Shown: positions 21,744 to 32,057 of the stretch, piece after piece
How positions within the stretch are numbered: position 1 is the first letter of the stretch
Layout: each line of letters begins with the position of its first letter
Assembly: GCF_000027125.1 (NCBI RefSeq)
Contig: NC_017626.1
DNA from: Escherichia coli 042
Lineage (GTDB): Bacteria; Pseudomonadota; Gammaproteobacteria; Enterobacterales; Enterobacteriaceae
Reading direction: 5' to 3' (one strand)
DNA: 64,000 nucleotides
Position numbers and translations under genes: made by a program
The notes under the pieces: model-generated
The model's database searches: none
Told to the model about the DNA's origin: nothing
What the model saw: the letters and a program-made list of their open reading frames with translations, nothing else

Positions 21744-22310
21744 ATGAACATGACAAAAGGTGCACTCATCCTCAGCCTTTCATTTTTGCTTGCCGCATGT
21801 AGTTCAATTCCGCAAAATATCAAAGGCAATAACCAACCTGATATTCAAAAAAGTTTTGTTGCTGTTCATAACCAGCCGGGGTTATATGTTGGTCAACAAG
21901 CGCGCTTTGGCGGGAAGGTTATCAACGTTATCAATGGCAAAACGGATACGTTGTTAGAAATCGCTGTATTACCGTTGGATAGCTATGCGAAGCCTGATAT
22001 TGAAGCCAACTATCAGGGCCGACTGCTCGCCAGACAAAGCGGCTTCCTTGATCCAGTGAACTATCGTAATCACTTTGTTACCATCCTCGGTACCATTCAG
22101 GGTGAACAACCTGGCTTTATCAATAAAGTCCCGTATAACTTCCTCGAAGTGAATATGCAGGGCATCCAGGTGTGGCATTTGAGAGAAGTGGTTAATACCA
22201 CCTATAACCTGTGGGATTACGGCTATGGTGCATTCTGGCCGGAACCGGGCTGGGGTGCGCCTTACTACACCAACGCGGTGAGTCAGGTAACACCTGAGCT
22301 GGTCAAATAA
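21744..22310 (+). CDS. slp: Starvation-inducible outer membrane lipoprotein Slp (188 aa)
   Basis: Signal peptide with lipobox LLAACSS; start at the internal ATG of ORF 21525..22310, which has AAGGA upstream. Confidence 0.85.
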   Translation: MNMTKGALILSLSFLLAACSSIPQNIKGNNQPDIQKSFVAVHNQPGLYVGQQARFGGKVINVINGKTDTLLEIAVLPLDSYAKPDIEANYQGRLLARQSGFLDPVNYRNHFVTILGTIQGEQPGFINKVPYNFLEVNMQGIQVWHLREVVNTTYNLWDYGYGAFWPEPGWGAPYYTNAVSQVTPELVK

Positions 22311-22462
22311 CACCACCGAAAGATGCAGATGCTTTCTCAGCATCTGCATCATGCATTACATCAAATTAATACACAGCCAGCTAACTATTATTATAAGCCC
22401 TGTCCTGTTAATTACCTTTGGCAAACTGATTATAAAGTTAATGTCCGCACCAGGAGTCGGTT

Positions 22463-22993
22463 ATGTTTCTTATAATTACCAGGGATACGATGTTCTTCAC
22501 TGCGATGAAAAACATTCTGAGTAAAGGTAATGTCGTTCATATACAGAACGAAGAAGAGATCGACGTAATGTTGCATCAGCATGCCTTCGTCATTATTGAT
22601 ACATTAATGAATAATGTATTTCATTCTAATTTGCTCACTCAAATTGAACGATTAAAACCTGTCCATGTGATTATTTTCTCCCCCTTTAATATTAAACGCT
22701 GCCTGGGGAAAGTACCGGTGACCTTTGTTCCGCGAACTATCACCATCATCGACTTTGTCGCACTCATCAATGGCAGTTACTGCTCTGTGCCTGAAGCGGA
22801 TGTGTCCCTTTCGCGCAAGCAGCATCAGGTTCTGAGCTGCATTGCGAATCAAATGACAACGGAAGATATTCTGGAGAAACTGAAAATATCGCTAAAAACG
22901 TTCTACTGCCATAAACACAATATCATGATGATCCTCAATCTTAAGCGGATCAATGAGTTGGTACGCCATCAGCATATTGATTATCTGGTGTGA
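22463..22993 (+). CDS. dctR: LuxR-family regulator DctR/YhiF (176 aa)
   Basis: C-terminal LuxR-type HTH; length and position match dctR. Confidence 0.8.
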   Translation: MFLIITRDTMFFTAMKNILSKGNVVHIQNEEEIDVMLHQHAFVIIDTLMNNVFHSNLLTQIERLKPVHVIIFSPFNIKRCLGKVPVTFVPRTITIIDFVALINGSYCSVPEADVSLSRKQHQVLSCIANQMTTEDILEKLKISLKTFYCHKHNIMMILNLKRINELVRHQHIDYLV

Positions 22994-23053
22994 TCGATTG
23001 ATTAATATAAAGAGGCCCAGCAATAAATAGCCAGACCTCCCGTTAATTATACG

Positions 23054-24082
23054 TTATGCAGTAACGACTTCCGGTATCAGCGAAGCAATTTGCTTACGCC
23101 ATTGCGCTTGCTCCTGTTCGCCTTCTGTACGTTGACCATAAAGTTGCGCTATCTGCGTACCATCATGGGCAAACAATTCCAGACTGGTCACATAACCGTC
23201 ACTAGCAGGCTTACGGGTTACCCAGGTTTCAGCAATGCTCTCTTCTAATAGATGAAGAGTAAACGTCGGGTTAAAAATATTCAGCCAACCTTTCAGTGGC
23301 ACCACTTTTTCTACCACGCCAGTGAAAATCTGTACGCAGCCACGGTTGCCAACAAACACCATGATTTCATTACCATCCTGCTGTGCAGATTCAAGAATTT
23401 GCGCCAACGCACTGTTGGATACTTTGCAGGCCAAATCGTCTGCCACCAGATTGAACGCCTGTTGGCGCGTCAGGTTGTGGCGCTTGAGCAACGTAAAAAA
23501 CTGATGAACGTCGGTCATCGCCCGCCACTCTTGCTCGACCACACTGGCATCGGCTCGCATTTGAACGACTGGCGCATCAACGGCTTTTAACTCAAGCGGC
23601 GTATTCTCATCGGTGATAAACCGTGCCAGAAGCTCACTCCATGCCGCCATATCGGTATTGTCGGTGGCATAAACTTTTAGTAATGCATCGCCCTGATGAT
23701 CAAAGAACTGAATACTCTGGCGTTCGCCACGAGTCGTATTTTCTTTAATGTGAAAAACACTGGCCCATTGATTGAGAAACAGACGCAAATCCAGCGCGCG
23801 TGGATTGAGGATCAATCCGGCATGTCCGTTCAAATGCTGGTTTGTGAACGCACCAACTTGCTCATGGACTGCATATTCATTACGGCAAATACATTTGGTC
23901 TCGCCAACACTTTCGAGCGCCGCCAGAATGTCACGGATATCGCCGCACATCCGCCACGCATCGTGCGTGACGCGCGCAAATGCCAGTTCTGCTTCGCTAA
24001 TATTCATTAAACCTGCGATGTCACGCGCGTACTTTCCGGGATTTTGTTCTTTTAACTCAAGCCAGCGTGTGTAGTGGTTCAT
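23054..24082 (-). CDS. chuS: Haem oxygenase / haem utilisation protein ChuS (342 aa)
   Basis: HemS/ChuS-family two-domain protein; start set at MNHYTRWLELKEQ. Confidence 0.85.
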   Translation of the reverse strand: MNHYTRWLELKEQNPGKYARDIAGLMNISEAELAFARVTHDAWRMCGDIRDILAALESVGETKCICRNEYAVHEQVGAFTNQHLNGHAGLILNPRALDLRLFLNQWASVFHIKENTTRGERQSIQFFDHQGDALLKVYATDNTDMAAWSELLARFITDENTPLELKAVDAPVVQMRADASVVEQEWRAMTDVHQFFTLLKRHNLTRQQAFNLVADDLACKVSNSALAQILESAQQDGNEIMVFVGNRGCVQIFTGVVEKVVPLKGWLNIFNPTFTLHLLEESIAETWVTRKPASDGYVTSLELFAHDGTQIAQLYGQRTEGEQEQAQWRKQIASLIPEVVTA

Positions 24083-24130
24083 TGTCTCTCTTCCTTCCAT
24101 ATAAATGCCCCGAAATATCGGGGCAGATGA

Positions 24131-26113
24131 TTACCATTGATAACTCACGAAAATTTTTCCATTACGACCATCCTGTGGGATGCCTTGTGGCGACCAGTAC
24201 TCTTTGTCGAAAGCGTTACCCAACACCAAAGTAGTGGTCATACCTTTGAGCGCCTGCTGCCCTTGATAACTGACGTAGAAATCATTCACGCCATAGCCTG
24301 GTTGTTTGCTGTAACTGCTGCTGATATGTGTTGAGCGATCGGCAAACGTACCAACCCACCCAACAGAGAAGCCACTGTGAGCGATCGGAATATTCAGGGT
24401 GCTGGTAACGGTATCCGGGTTAATACTGGAGATATATTCGCCGGTATCGGTGTCTTTGCCGCGGGTACGGTTATAGGCCACATCAAGGCTAAACAGATCA
24501 GTGGTATATTTCGTCATCACATCCCAACCCCAGATTTTGGCGTTCGGGACGTTATACGACATAGTTGTCGCCGCCGCGAAATCGACGGTCGTGGAGATGT
24601 AATCCTTCGCTTTGGTATCAAAGTAGCTGGCTTTAAATTCCAGAGCATCATTGGACAACATCAGATCATCAAAACGCAGCCCAAAACCGTACTCCTGAGT
24701 TTCGTTAGTTTCCGGACGTAAGTTCGGGTTTGGCACCCAATAGTTGGTATAGAAGCGACCAATCGAGAAGTGCTTAGAATCGTTATACATTTCGCCCATC
24801 GTCGGGGCGCGGAATGCCTGGGCATATGAGCCAAATAACATCAGCCAGTTAGCCGGGTTGATAGTCATCCCCGCGCGAGATGACCATTTGTCGGCATCAA
24901 CATCTTTGTAGCCGTCGCTGCTACCGCGATAACTGTCATAGCGGGTTCCGCCAAGCAGGGTAATCGGCAGATCGCGTAAGGTGATCTCATCCTGTAGCCA
25001 GCCGGAGCTAAAATCGATTTTTGCTTGCGGGAAGCCCGTCGTCGCGCCGCCCGGATGTTGTTCCTGACGATAATACTCACCGCCATATGTCAGTAAGTGA
25101 GAAGCGAAACTGTCGGCAAATAGAGTGGAACGGTTCTCCAGTTTGGCTCCTTTTGTTATCTGTTCACGATACTCGCCGGAACTCCCCGTGTTTTGCGCAT
25201 TAATACGGACTTCCGACCAGTAAATTTTTGCATCTGCATTTAACCAGTCGTTGCCCTGCGGGGCGAGTTTATAAGAAAGCTGCGCATCGCGTTGAATTGT
25301 TGAACGATCAACCATCGGGTTGCTGCTATCAGAAGCTTCAACGGTCTGCGGATTTTTTGGTTCACGCGCGTCGTTGTTGTAGTAACGCACTAAACCGCTC
25401 AGAGACTGGGCTGAATCAATTTGCCAGGTCCCTTTCGCCAGCATGTTATTAATGGACTCGTCATTCGGCGCGGTTTCACCATTGCTCTGGCGTAAATCAC
25501 CCCGATCGCGACTGGACCAGGCCACAATACCATCCAGATTTTCAGTTCGCCCAAACGCGCTCGCGCCTAATCCCAGGCTATGGTCCCCCGTGCCGCCAGT
25601 ACCAAAGACACGAAAACCACTACTTTGTCCTTCCTGCAATAAATCTTTTGCATCGACCGTATCGTAGGAGATCACCCCACCCAGCGCGCCACTGCCATAC
25701 AGTAATGCTGAAGGTCCGCGAACAATCTCAACACGCTTGATCAGCGCCGGATCAAGAAAAGTACCATTCAGGTGTCCGGTATCCGTTCCCTGGCGAACAC
25801 CATCGACAAGAACCAGCACGCCGCGATGATCATAGCCACGCATATTTACATCCTGACCGTTGGTTCGTCCGGTACCATCAAGAGTAATTCCAGGAACATG
25901 ACGCAGCAGATCGGTGGCTGAAGTAGCCGTTTGATTTTCAGGAGCGGAAGTGTCGATGACGCTGACCATCATAGGCGCTTCGAAGGAACTACGGGCATTC
26001 CCCGTTGCCGTAACGGTCATGGTTTCAGTAGCAAAAGCAAACGTTGGCAAGGTGGCAGAAACAGCCAAAGCCAACAAACTCAAACGCAACGAGGTAAATT
26101 GCGGACGTGACAT
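24131..26113 (-). CDS. chuA: TonB-dependent outer membrane haem/haemoglobin receptor ChuA (660 aa)
   Basis: Signal peptide, TonB-box region, plug and beta-barrel, C-terminal aromatic residue. Confidence 0.9.
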   Translation of the reverse strand: MSRPQFTSLRLSLLALAVSATLPTFAFATETMTVTATGNARSSFEAPMMVSVIDTSAPENQTATSATDLLRHVPGITLDGTGRTNGQDVNMRGYDHRGVLVLVDGVRQGTDTGHLNGTFLDPALIKRVEIVRGPSALLYGSGALGGVISYDTVDAKDLLQEGQSSGFRVFGTGGTGDHSLGLGASAFGRTENLDGIVAWSSRDRGDLRQSNGETAPNDESINNMLAKGTWQIDSAQSLSGLVRYYNNDAREPKNPQTVEASDSSNPMVDRSTIQRDAQLSYKLAPQGNDWLNADAKIYWSEVRINAQNTGSSGEYREQITKGAKLENRSTLFADSFASHLLTYGGEYYRQEQHPGGATTGFPQAKIDFSSGWLQDEITLRDLPITLLGGTRYDSYRGSSDGYKDVDADKWSSRAGMTINPANWLMLFGSYAQAFRAPTMGEMYNDSKHFSIGRFYTNYWVPNPNLRPETNETQEYGFGLRFDDLMLSNDALEFKASYFDTKAKDYISTTVDFAAATTMSYNVPNAKIWGWDVMTKYTTDLFSLDVAYNRTRGKDTDTGEYISSINPDTVTSTLNIPIAHSGFSVGWVGTFADRSTHISSSYSKQPGYGVNDFYVSYQGQQALKGMTTTLVLGNAFDKEYWSPQGIPQDGRNGKIFVSYQW

Positions 26114-26118
26114 AGCGA

Positions 26119-26134
26119 TTCTCCATGAGGAAAA
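26119..26134 (-). promoter_or_regulatory. FourU-type RNA thermometer hairpin masking the chuA Shine-Dalgarno
   Basis: In chuA orientation 5'-UUUUCC-UCAU-GGAGAA-3' forms a 6-bp stem over the SD, 5 nt before the ATG; such a thermometer has been described for shuA/chuA. Confidence 0.5.
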
Positions 26135-26402
26135 TAAAAAATGCTGGCTGCCTGGGTTAATACCGGGGTGGCTGGCGAAAAATAAATTTATTTAAAATTC
26201 AGAGCGATAATATTCGCCGGGTGAGTTTACAGGCGTTTATATCCCATGAAATTGCCTGGTATCTCGGCAAATACGCAAAAGCACGCCCTCTTTGTCAGGC
26301 AAAACGATATGCCCCATCAGGAGTGAAGAGCGCTGTGCGTTACCCCTTGTAAATGATATGGCTTTGTTATCCATATGGCCGTATTTTGTTAAATGCAAAC
26401 GT

Positions 26403-26421
26403 GATAATGAGAATTATTATC
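26403..26421. promoter_or_regulatory. Fur box (17/19 match) in the chuA-chuT divergent region
   Basis: gataatgagaattattatc against consensus GATAATGATAATCATTATC. Confidence 0.55.
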
Positions 26422-26754
26422 GATCAATTTTTTATGATCAAGCTTTTTTTTAACCGCCATTAACACAATAAACAGAGGGTTATGAAACTTATCCTGCGCC
26501 CTGGAAACCACTTTATTTTTATGGTTATTCCCCCATGACCTCATCACTAAACTTTGTCGTTAACAGTGATAATTTTCTCTTCGCTTTGCTCTGCAAGCCT
26601 CGATATCTCTGGGTTCTCAGCTTTTTCCCGCGCTGAAATTTAGTCGGTAACAAGAACGTTAGCTGACGAAGCATCTTGATAAAAATCAAAAATAAATACG
26701 CTTGTAACGCCTTGCGTATTGAATCGACGGTTGTATTTCATATATAACTCAAAT

Positions 26755-26773
26755 GATAATCATGATCATTCTC
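26755..26773. promoter_or_regulatory. Fur box (16/19 match) just upstream of chuT
   Basis: gataatcatgatcattctc, 24 bp before the chuT ATG. Confidence 0.5.
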
Positions 26774-26796
26774 AATTTGATAAGAGTTCTCATATT

Positions 26797-27711
26797 ATGC
26801 CAAGGATCATCACCAGGCCGTTTCTTTTTTCCCCACTGACGTTATGTATTTCAGCCGTGGCCTCTGCTGCGAAGACCGCGGTAAAACGAAAAAAATTGTT
26901 TACGGCAGTACTGGCTCTTAGCTGGGCTTTTAGCGTAACGGCTGCCGAACGTATCGTGGTCGCAGGAGGATCGCTGACGGAGCTAATCTACGCGATGGGC
27001 GCTGGCGAACGCGTGGTTGGTGTCGATGAAACGACATCTTATCCACCAGAAACCGCCAAACTGCCGCATATTGGCTACTGGAAACAACTCAGCAGCGAAG
27101 GCATTTTGTCACTTCGCCCGGATAGCGTAATTACCTGGCAGGATGCCGGGCCACAAATTGTGCTCGACCAACTACGAGCGCAGAAAGTCAACGTCGTCAC
27201 CCTGCCGCGTGTGCCTGCCACCCTTGAGCAGATGTACGCCAACATTCGCCAACTGGCAAAAACGTTACAGGTTCCTGAACAAGGGGACGCGCTGGTGACA
27301 CAAATCAGCCAACGCCTGGAGCGAGTACAGCAAAACGTGGCGGCCAAAAAAGCCCCGGTTAAAGCCATGTTTATTCTCTCCGCAGGCGGAAGTGCGCCAC
27401 AGGTTGCCGGTAAAGGCAGCGTCGCGGACGCCATTCTTTCGCTTGCCGGAGCAGAAAACGTCGCTACCCACCAGCAGTACAAAAGCTACAGCGCGGAATC
27501 GCTGATTGCGGCTAACCCTGAAGTGATTGTCGTAACCTCACAAATGGTCGATGGCGATATTAATCGGCTACGTTCTATTGCCGGAATTACCCACACTGCC
27601 GCATGGAAAAACCAGCGCATTGTCACCGTTGATCAAAACCTGATTCTGGGAATGGGTCCGCGTATTGCTGATGTCGTTGAGTCTTTACACCAGCAGCTTT
27701 GGCCGCAATAA
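26797..27711 (+). CDS. chuT: Periplasmic haem-binding protein ChuT (~304 aa)
   Basis: Signal peptide and class III periplasmic binding-protein fold; start chosen at the ATG after the Fur box, alternative starts are possible. Confidence 0.75.
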   Translation: MPRIITRPFLFSPLTLCISAVASAAKTAVKRKKLFTAVLALSWAFSVTAAERIVVAGGSLTELIYAMGAGERVVGVDETTSYPPETAKLPHIGYWKQLSSEGILSLRPDSVITWQDAGPQIVLDQLRAQKVNVVTLPRVPATLEQMYANIRQLAKTLQVPEQGDALVTQISQRLERVQQNVAAKKAPVKAMFILSAGGSAPQVAGKGSVADAILSLAGAENVATHQQYKSYSAESLIAANPEVIVVTSQMVDGDINRLRSIAGITHTAAWKNQRIVTVDQNLILGMGPRIADVVESLHQQLWPQ

Positions 27712-27730
27712 ATGGATTTAAATCAGACGA

Positions 27731-29068
27731 ATGAACACAAATAACACCCTGGATCTCACGCCACATTTTGCTTTAGACGGTGATCAGCCATTTAAAGACA
27801 GGCGCGCCATGATGCCGTTTCGTGGGGCCATTCCAGTTGCCAAAGAGCAACTGGCACAGACCTGGCAAGAGATGCTCAATCAAACGGTATCACCACGTAA
27901 GCGACTGGTTTATCTACACATTCCTTTTTGTGCAACACACTGCACGTTTTGTGGTTTTTATCAGAACCGTTTTAATGAAGATGCGTGTGCTCATTATACC
28001 GACGCCCTGATTCGTGAAATAGAAATGGAAGCGGACAGCGTATTGCATCAGTCAGCCCCCATCCACGCGGTCTATTTCGGTGGCGGCACGCCTTCCGCGC
28101 TTTCGGCACACGATTTGGCCAGAATTATCACCACATTACGAGAAAAGCTGCCACTGGCCCCTGATTGTGAAATCACTATCGAAGGCCGGGTACTGAATTT
28201 TGACGCTGAGCGAATCGATGCTTGCCTTGATGCAGGAGCAAACCGCTTCTCAATTGGTATTCAGTCGTTTAACAGCAAAATCCGCAAGAAAATGGCCCGC
28301 ACCTCGGATGGCCCAACCGCCATTGCGTTTATGGAAAGCCTGGTCAAACGCGACCGTGCAGCGGTGGTCTGTGACCTGCTGTTTGGCCTGCCGGGTCAGG
28401 ATGCGCAAACCTGGGGAGAAGATCTGACTATTGCCCGCGATATCGGTCTCGACGGCGTCGATCTCTATGCGCTCAATGTCCTGCCCAATACACCGCTGGG
28501 CAAAGCCGTGGAAAATGGGCGCACTACCGTGCCCTCTCCGGCAGAACGTCGCGATCTTTATCTGCAAGGGTGTGATTTTATGGACGATGCCGGTTGGCGC
28601 TGCATCAGTAACAGCCACTGGGGCCGTACCACACGCGAACGCAATCTCTATAACCTGCTGATAAAACAAGGTGCCGATTGTCTGGCCTTTGGTTCCGGAG
28701 CCGGCGGTTCGATTAATGGTTACTCCTGGATGAACGAACGCAATCTGCAGACCTGGCATGAATCCGTCGCGGCAGGCAAAAAACCGCTGATGATGATCAT
28801 GCGTAACGCCGAACGTAATGCGCAATGGCGTCATACCTTGCAGTCAGGTGTTGAAACAGCGCGTGTACCGCTGGATGAACTTACGCCACATGCCGAAAAA
28901 CTCGCGCCGTTACTGGCTCAATGGCACCAAAAAGGCTTAAGCCGCGATGCGTCAACTTGCCTGCGGCTGACTAATGAAGGTCGTTTCTGGGCAAGCAATA
29001 TTTTGCAGTCTCTTAATGAACTAATTCAGGTACTTAATGCGCCAGCGATTGTGCGTGAAAAACCATAA
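27731..29068 (+). CDS. chuW: Radical SAM haem-degrading enzyme ChuW (445 aa)
   Basis: Radical-SAM cluster motif C-x3-C-x2-C (CATHCTFCGF). Confidence 0.85.
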   Translation: MNTNNTLDLTPHFALDGDQPFKDRRAMMPFRGAIPVAKEQLAQTWQEMLNQTVSPRKRLVYLHIPFCATHCTFCGFYQNRFNEDACAHYTDALIREIEMEADSVLHQSAPIHAVYFGGGTPSALSAHDLARIITTLREKLPLAPDCEITIEGRVLNFDAERIDACLDAGANRFSIGIQSFNSKIRKKMARTSDGPTAIAFMESLVKRDRAAVVCDLLFGLPGQDAQTWGEDLTIARDIGLDGVDLYALNVLPNTPLGKAVENGRTTVPSPAERRDLYLQGCDFMDDAGWRCISNSHWGRTTRERNLYNLLIKQGADCLAFGSGAGGSINGYSWMNERNLQTWHESVAAGKKPLMMIMRNAERNAQWRHTLQSGVETARVPLDELTPHAEKLAPLLAQWHQKGLSRDASTCLRLTNEGRFWASNILQSLNELIQVLNAPAIVREKP

Positions 29069-29080
29069 CAGGAGTGATTT

Positions 29081-29575
29081 ATGAGCCATGTCTCGTTACA
29101 AGAATTTTTGAAAACGGAGCCGGACGGTACGCTGGAGGTGGTAGCCGAACAATACAACACCACACTGCTGGAAGTAGTGAAAAATCTGCCCTCCTCTACC
29201 ATAGTGTCAGGCGATAAATTCGATACTGTCTGGGATACCGTCTGCGAATGGGGCAACGTCACCACGTTAGTACATACTGCCGATGTCATCCTCGAATTTA
29301 GCGGCGAACTGCCTTCGGGTTTCCACCGCCACGGCTATTTCAACCTACGCGGAAAGCACGGCATGTCCGGGCATATCAAAGCAGAAAACTGCACACATAT
29401 TGCCTTGATCGGACGTAAATTTATGGGCATGGACACCGCATCCATTCTCTTTTTCAACAAAGAAGGCAGCGCAATGCTGAAAATCTTCCTCGGCAGGGAT
29501 GACCATCGTCAGCTCCTGAGCGAACAAGTCAGCGCCTTCCATGCTCTGGCAGCATCGTTAAAGGAACACGCCTGA
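29081..29575 (+). CDS. chuX: Haem-binding / haem utilisation protein ChuX (164 aa)
   Basis: Position between chuW and chuY; size matches ChuX. Confidence 0.8.
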   Translation: MSHVSLQEFLKTEPDGTLEVVAEQYNTTLLEVVKNLPSSTIVSGDKFDTVWDTVCEWGNVTTLVHTADVILEFSGELPSGFHRHGYFNLRGKHGMSGHIKAENCTHIALIGRKFMGMDTASILFFNKEGSAMLKIFLGRDDHRQLLSEQVSAFHALAASLKEHA

Positions 29576-30198
29576 TGACGCCGTGGCTACTCTTTGGCGC
29601 AGGCGGAAAAGGTATGGGTGCCAGAACGCTTGAACTGGCGCTGGCGGAACAACGTCCGGTCGTTGCTGTCGTTCGTCATGCCGATGCCGCTACGAAACTG
29701 GCGCAACAAGGCGTACAGGTTTTTACAGGCGACGCCTGTGATGCCAGCGTAGTCGCGAATGCTTGCCGCGCAGCTGGCCCGGATGCGCTTATCATCTCAA
29801 CAATGGGCGGAGCTCAGGATTATCTGGCGCACAGAACAGTGATTGATGAGGCCGAAAAGGCCGGCATCAGTCGCATGATTCTGGTGACCTCTTTGGGATG
29901 CGGCGATAGCTGGCCGTTTTTATCGGAGCGGGCAAAGGCTGCGTTTGGTCAGGCGGTACGGGAAAAAACGCTGGCGGAAAGCTGGTTGCAAACCAGCCAG
30001 CTTGATTACGCCATTCTCCGCCCTGGCGGTCTGCTTGATGGGGCGGCAACGGGCAAAGCACAACGGATACAAAATCAGGAGTGTCATGGTTTTGTTCACC
30101 GTGCCGATGTCGCCGCACATATCCATGAACTGGCAAATGCGCCAGCACTTAACCAGCAGGTCTACAGTCTGATTGAACCGGACCTGAAACCGGCGTGA
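29575..30198 (+). CDS. chuY: NAD(P)-binding reductase ChuY (207 aa)
   Basis: N-terminal Rossmann motif LLFGAGGKGMGA; start overlaps the chuX stop. Confidence 0.8.
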   Translation: MTPWLLFGAGGKGMGARTLELALAEQRPVVAVVRHADAATKLAQQGVQVFTGDACDASVVANACRAAGPDALIISTMGGAQDYLAHRTVIDEAEKAGISRMILVTSLGCGDSWPFLSERAKAAFGQAVREKTLAESWLQTSQLDYAILRPGGLLDGAATGKAQRIQNQECHGFVHRADVAAHIHELANAPALNQQVYSLIEPDLKPA

Positions 30199-30246
30199 TA
30201 CCCCGGCGCGGCATGTCCGCGCCGTAATGTCGTAACGGAGTTTTGC

Positions 30247-31239
30247 GTGCTCAAGGATTCACTCTCTTCCGCCAGGGTCTTTATGGGGCTATCACTATTA
30301 TTGCTAGCTCTGGTGCTGTTCGGTGCCAGTCAGGGAGCGTTAAAGATCAGTTTTGATGCCCTTTTTGATGAGGAATACCGCGATATTTGGCTCAATATTC
30401 GTCTACCACGGGTTTTGTTGGCGGTGCTGGTAGGTGCAGCGTTGGCAACCGCAGGGGTAATTATGCAGGGGCTTTTTCGCAACCCAATGGCTGACCCTGG
30501 ATTACTCGGCGTCAGTAGCGGTTCTGCATTAATGGTTGGCGTTGCTATTGTACTGCCCTTTTCGTTCCCCGTGGTGCTGGTGCTTTATGAACAAATGGTG
30601 TTTGCCATCGCCGGAAGTTTAGTGGTCTGCACCATCATTTTTCTCATCACGCAGCGCCATCGCGATGGCAGCATGATGCAATTGTTACTCGCCGGTATCG
30701 CCATCAATGCCCTGTGCGGCGCAGCGATCGGCATCCTGAGCTATATCGGCGATGAGCAACAGCTACGACAACTCACGTTGTGGATGATGGGCAATCTCGG
30801 TCAGGCGCAATGGCCAACGTTATTGGTTGCCAGTTCCTTCATTCTGCCCGCCATTATGGCAACAACGTGTCTCGCCGGAACGCTGAATTTGCTGCAGCTC
30901 GGTGATGAAGAAGCCCATTACCTCGGCGTGAACGTAAAGCGTAAACGCCAGCAATTACTGTTAGTGAGCTCACTGCTCGTTGGTGCCGCCGTATCGGTAA
31001 GCGGCATTATCGGCTTTATTGGCCTGGTGATCCCGCATCTGATTCGTATGACTACCGGGGCAAATCACCGCTGGCTAATCCCTTGCTCCGCCCTCGCCGG
31101 AGCCTGTTTATTGCTGATGGCAGACACGCTTGCCCGCACGCTGGTACAGCCAGCAGAAATGCCCGTGGGATTATTAACCAGCCTGCTTGGCGGTCCTTAT
31201 TTTATGTGGTTGATTCTGCGCAACCGGAGGATCACATGA
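30247..31239 (+). CDS. chuU: Haem ABC transporter permease ChuU (FecCD family, 330 aa)
   Basis: FecCD-type permease with about 9-10 TM segments. Confidence 0.85.
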   Translation: MLKDSLSSARVFMGLSLLLLALVLFGASQGALKISFDALFDEEYRDIWLNIRLPRVLLAVLVGAALATAGVIMQGLFRNPMADPGLLGVSSGSALMVGVAIVLPFSFPVVLVLYEQMVFAIAGSLVVCTIIFLITQRHRDGSMMQLLLAGIAINALCGAAIGILSYIGDEQQLRQLTLWMMGNLGQAQWPTLLVASSFILPAIMATTCLAGTLNLLQLGDEEAHYLGVNVKRKRQQLLLVSSLLVGAAVSVSGIIGFIGLVIPHLIRMTTGANHRWLIPCSALAGACLLLMADTLARTLVQPAEMPVGLLTSLLGGPYFMWLILRNRRIT

Positions 31240-32006
31240 TCAGCGCCCAGAATCTGGTTTATAGCCTTCAGGGGCGGCGTCTGACTGACAATGTCTCGCT
31301 GACTTTTCCCGGTGGGGAAATTGTTGCCATTCTCGGCCCTAATGGTGCGGGAAAATCTACGCTGCTTCGCCAGTTAACCGGCTATCTTCAACCTGATAGC
31401 GGCGAATGTCGGTTGTTTAATAAGCCATTAAATGAATGGTCGATTACTGAACTGGCGAAACACCGGGCCGTGATGCGTCAAAATAGCCACATGGCGTTTC
31501 CATTCAGCGTACAAGAAGTTATCCAGATGGGGCGGCATCCGCATCGTACTGGTAATCAGGATAATGAAACAGCACAAATAATGGCGTTATGTGACTGTCA
31601 GGCGTTAGCAAACCGCGACTATCGGCAATTATCCGGTGGTGAACAACAGCGCGTGCAATTAGCGCGCCTGCTGGTGCAACTCTGGGAACCTACTCCCTCA
31701 CCGAAATGGTTATTTCTTGATGAGCCAACTTCGGCGCTGGATATTCACCATCAGCAGCACTTGTTCCGTTTATTACGCCAGTTAGTTCACGAACGGCAGT
31801 TCAATGTTTGCTGCGTATTGCACGATCTAAATCTTGCCGCGCGTTATGCAGACCGTGTTGTATTAATGCAAAAAGGAAAGGTTATCGCAAATGGTAAACC
31901 TCAGGACGTATTGACACAGCAGGCGCTGACAATGCTCTACGGCGCGGATATTACCGTACTTAAAGATCCTGCCAACCATTCACCACTGATCGTCCTCGAT
32001 CATTAA
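31236..32006 (+). CDS. chuV: Haem ABC transporter ATP-binding protein ChuV/HmuV (256 aa)
   Basis: Walker [13 protein letters not shown] signature LSGGEQQR, Walker B LFLDEP; ATGA start/stop overlap with chuU. Confidence 0.85.
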   Translation: MISAQNLVYSLQGRRLTDNVSLTFPGGEIVAILGPNGAGKSTLLRQLTGYLQPDSGECRLFNKPLNEWSITELAKHRAVMRQNSHMAFPFSVQEVIQMGRHPHRTGNQDNETAQIMALCDCQALANRDYRQLSGGEQQRVQLARLLVQLWEPTPSPKWLFLDEPTSALDIHHQQHLFRLLRQLVHERQFNVCCVLHDLNLAARYADRVVLMQKGKVIANGKPQDVLTQQALTMLYGADITVLKDPANHSPLIVLDH

Positions 32007-32012
32007 AAGCAA

Positions 32013-32037
32013 CAGGAGTACCGCACTGGTACTCCTG
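32013..32037 (+). terminator. Hairpin after chuV (candidate terminator)
   Basis: caggagtaccgcactggtactcctg, 6 nt after the chuV stop. Confidence 0.45.
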
Positions 32038-32057
32038 CGAATAAATAACTATACAGA

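Noticed and set aside
28250-28834. 194-aa minus-strand ORF inside chuW
   Set aside because: Antisense shadow ORF within a gene that has a clear radical-SAM motif.
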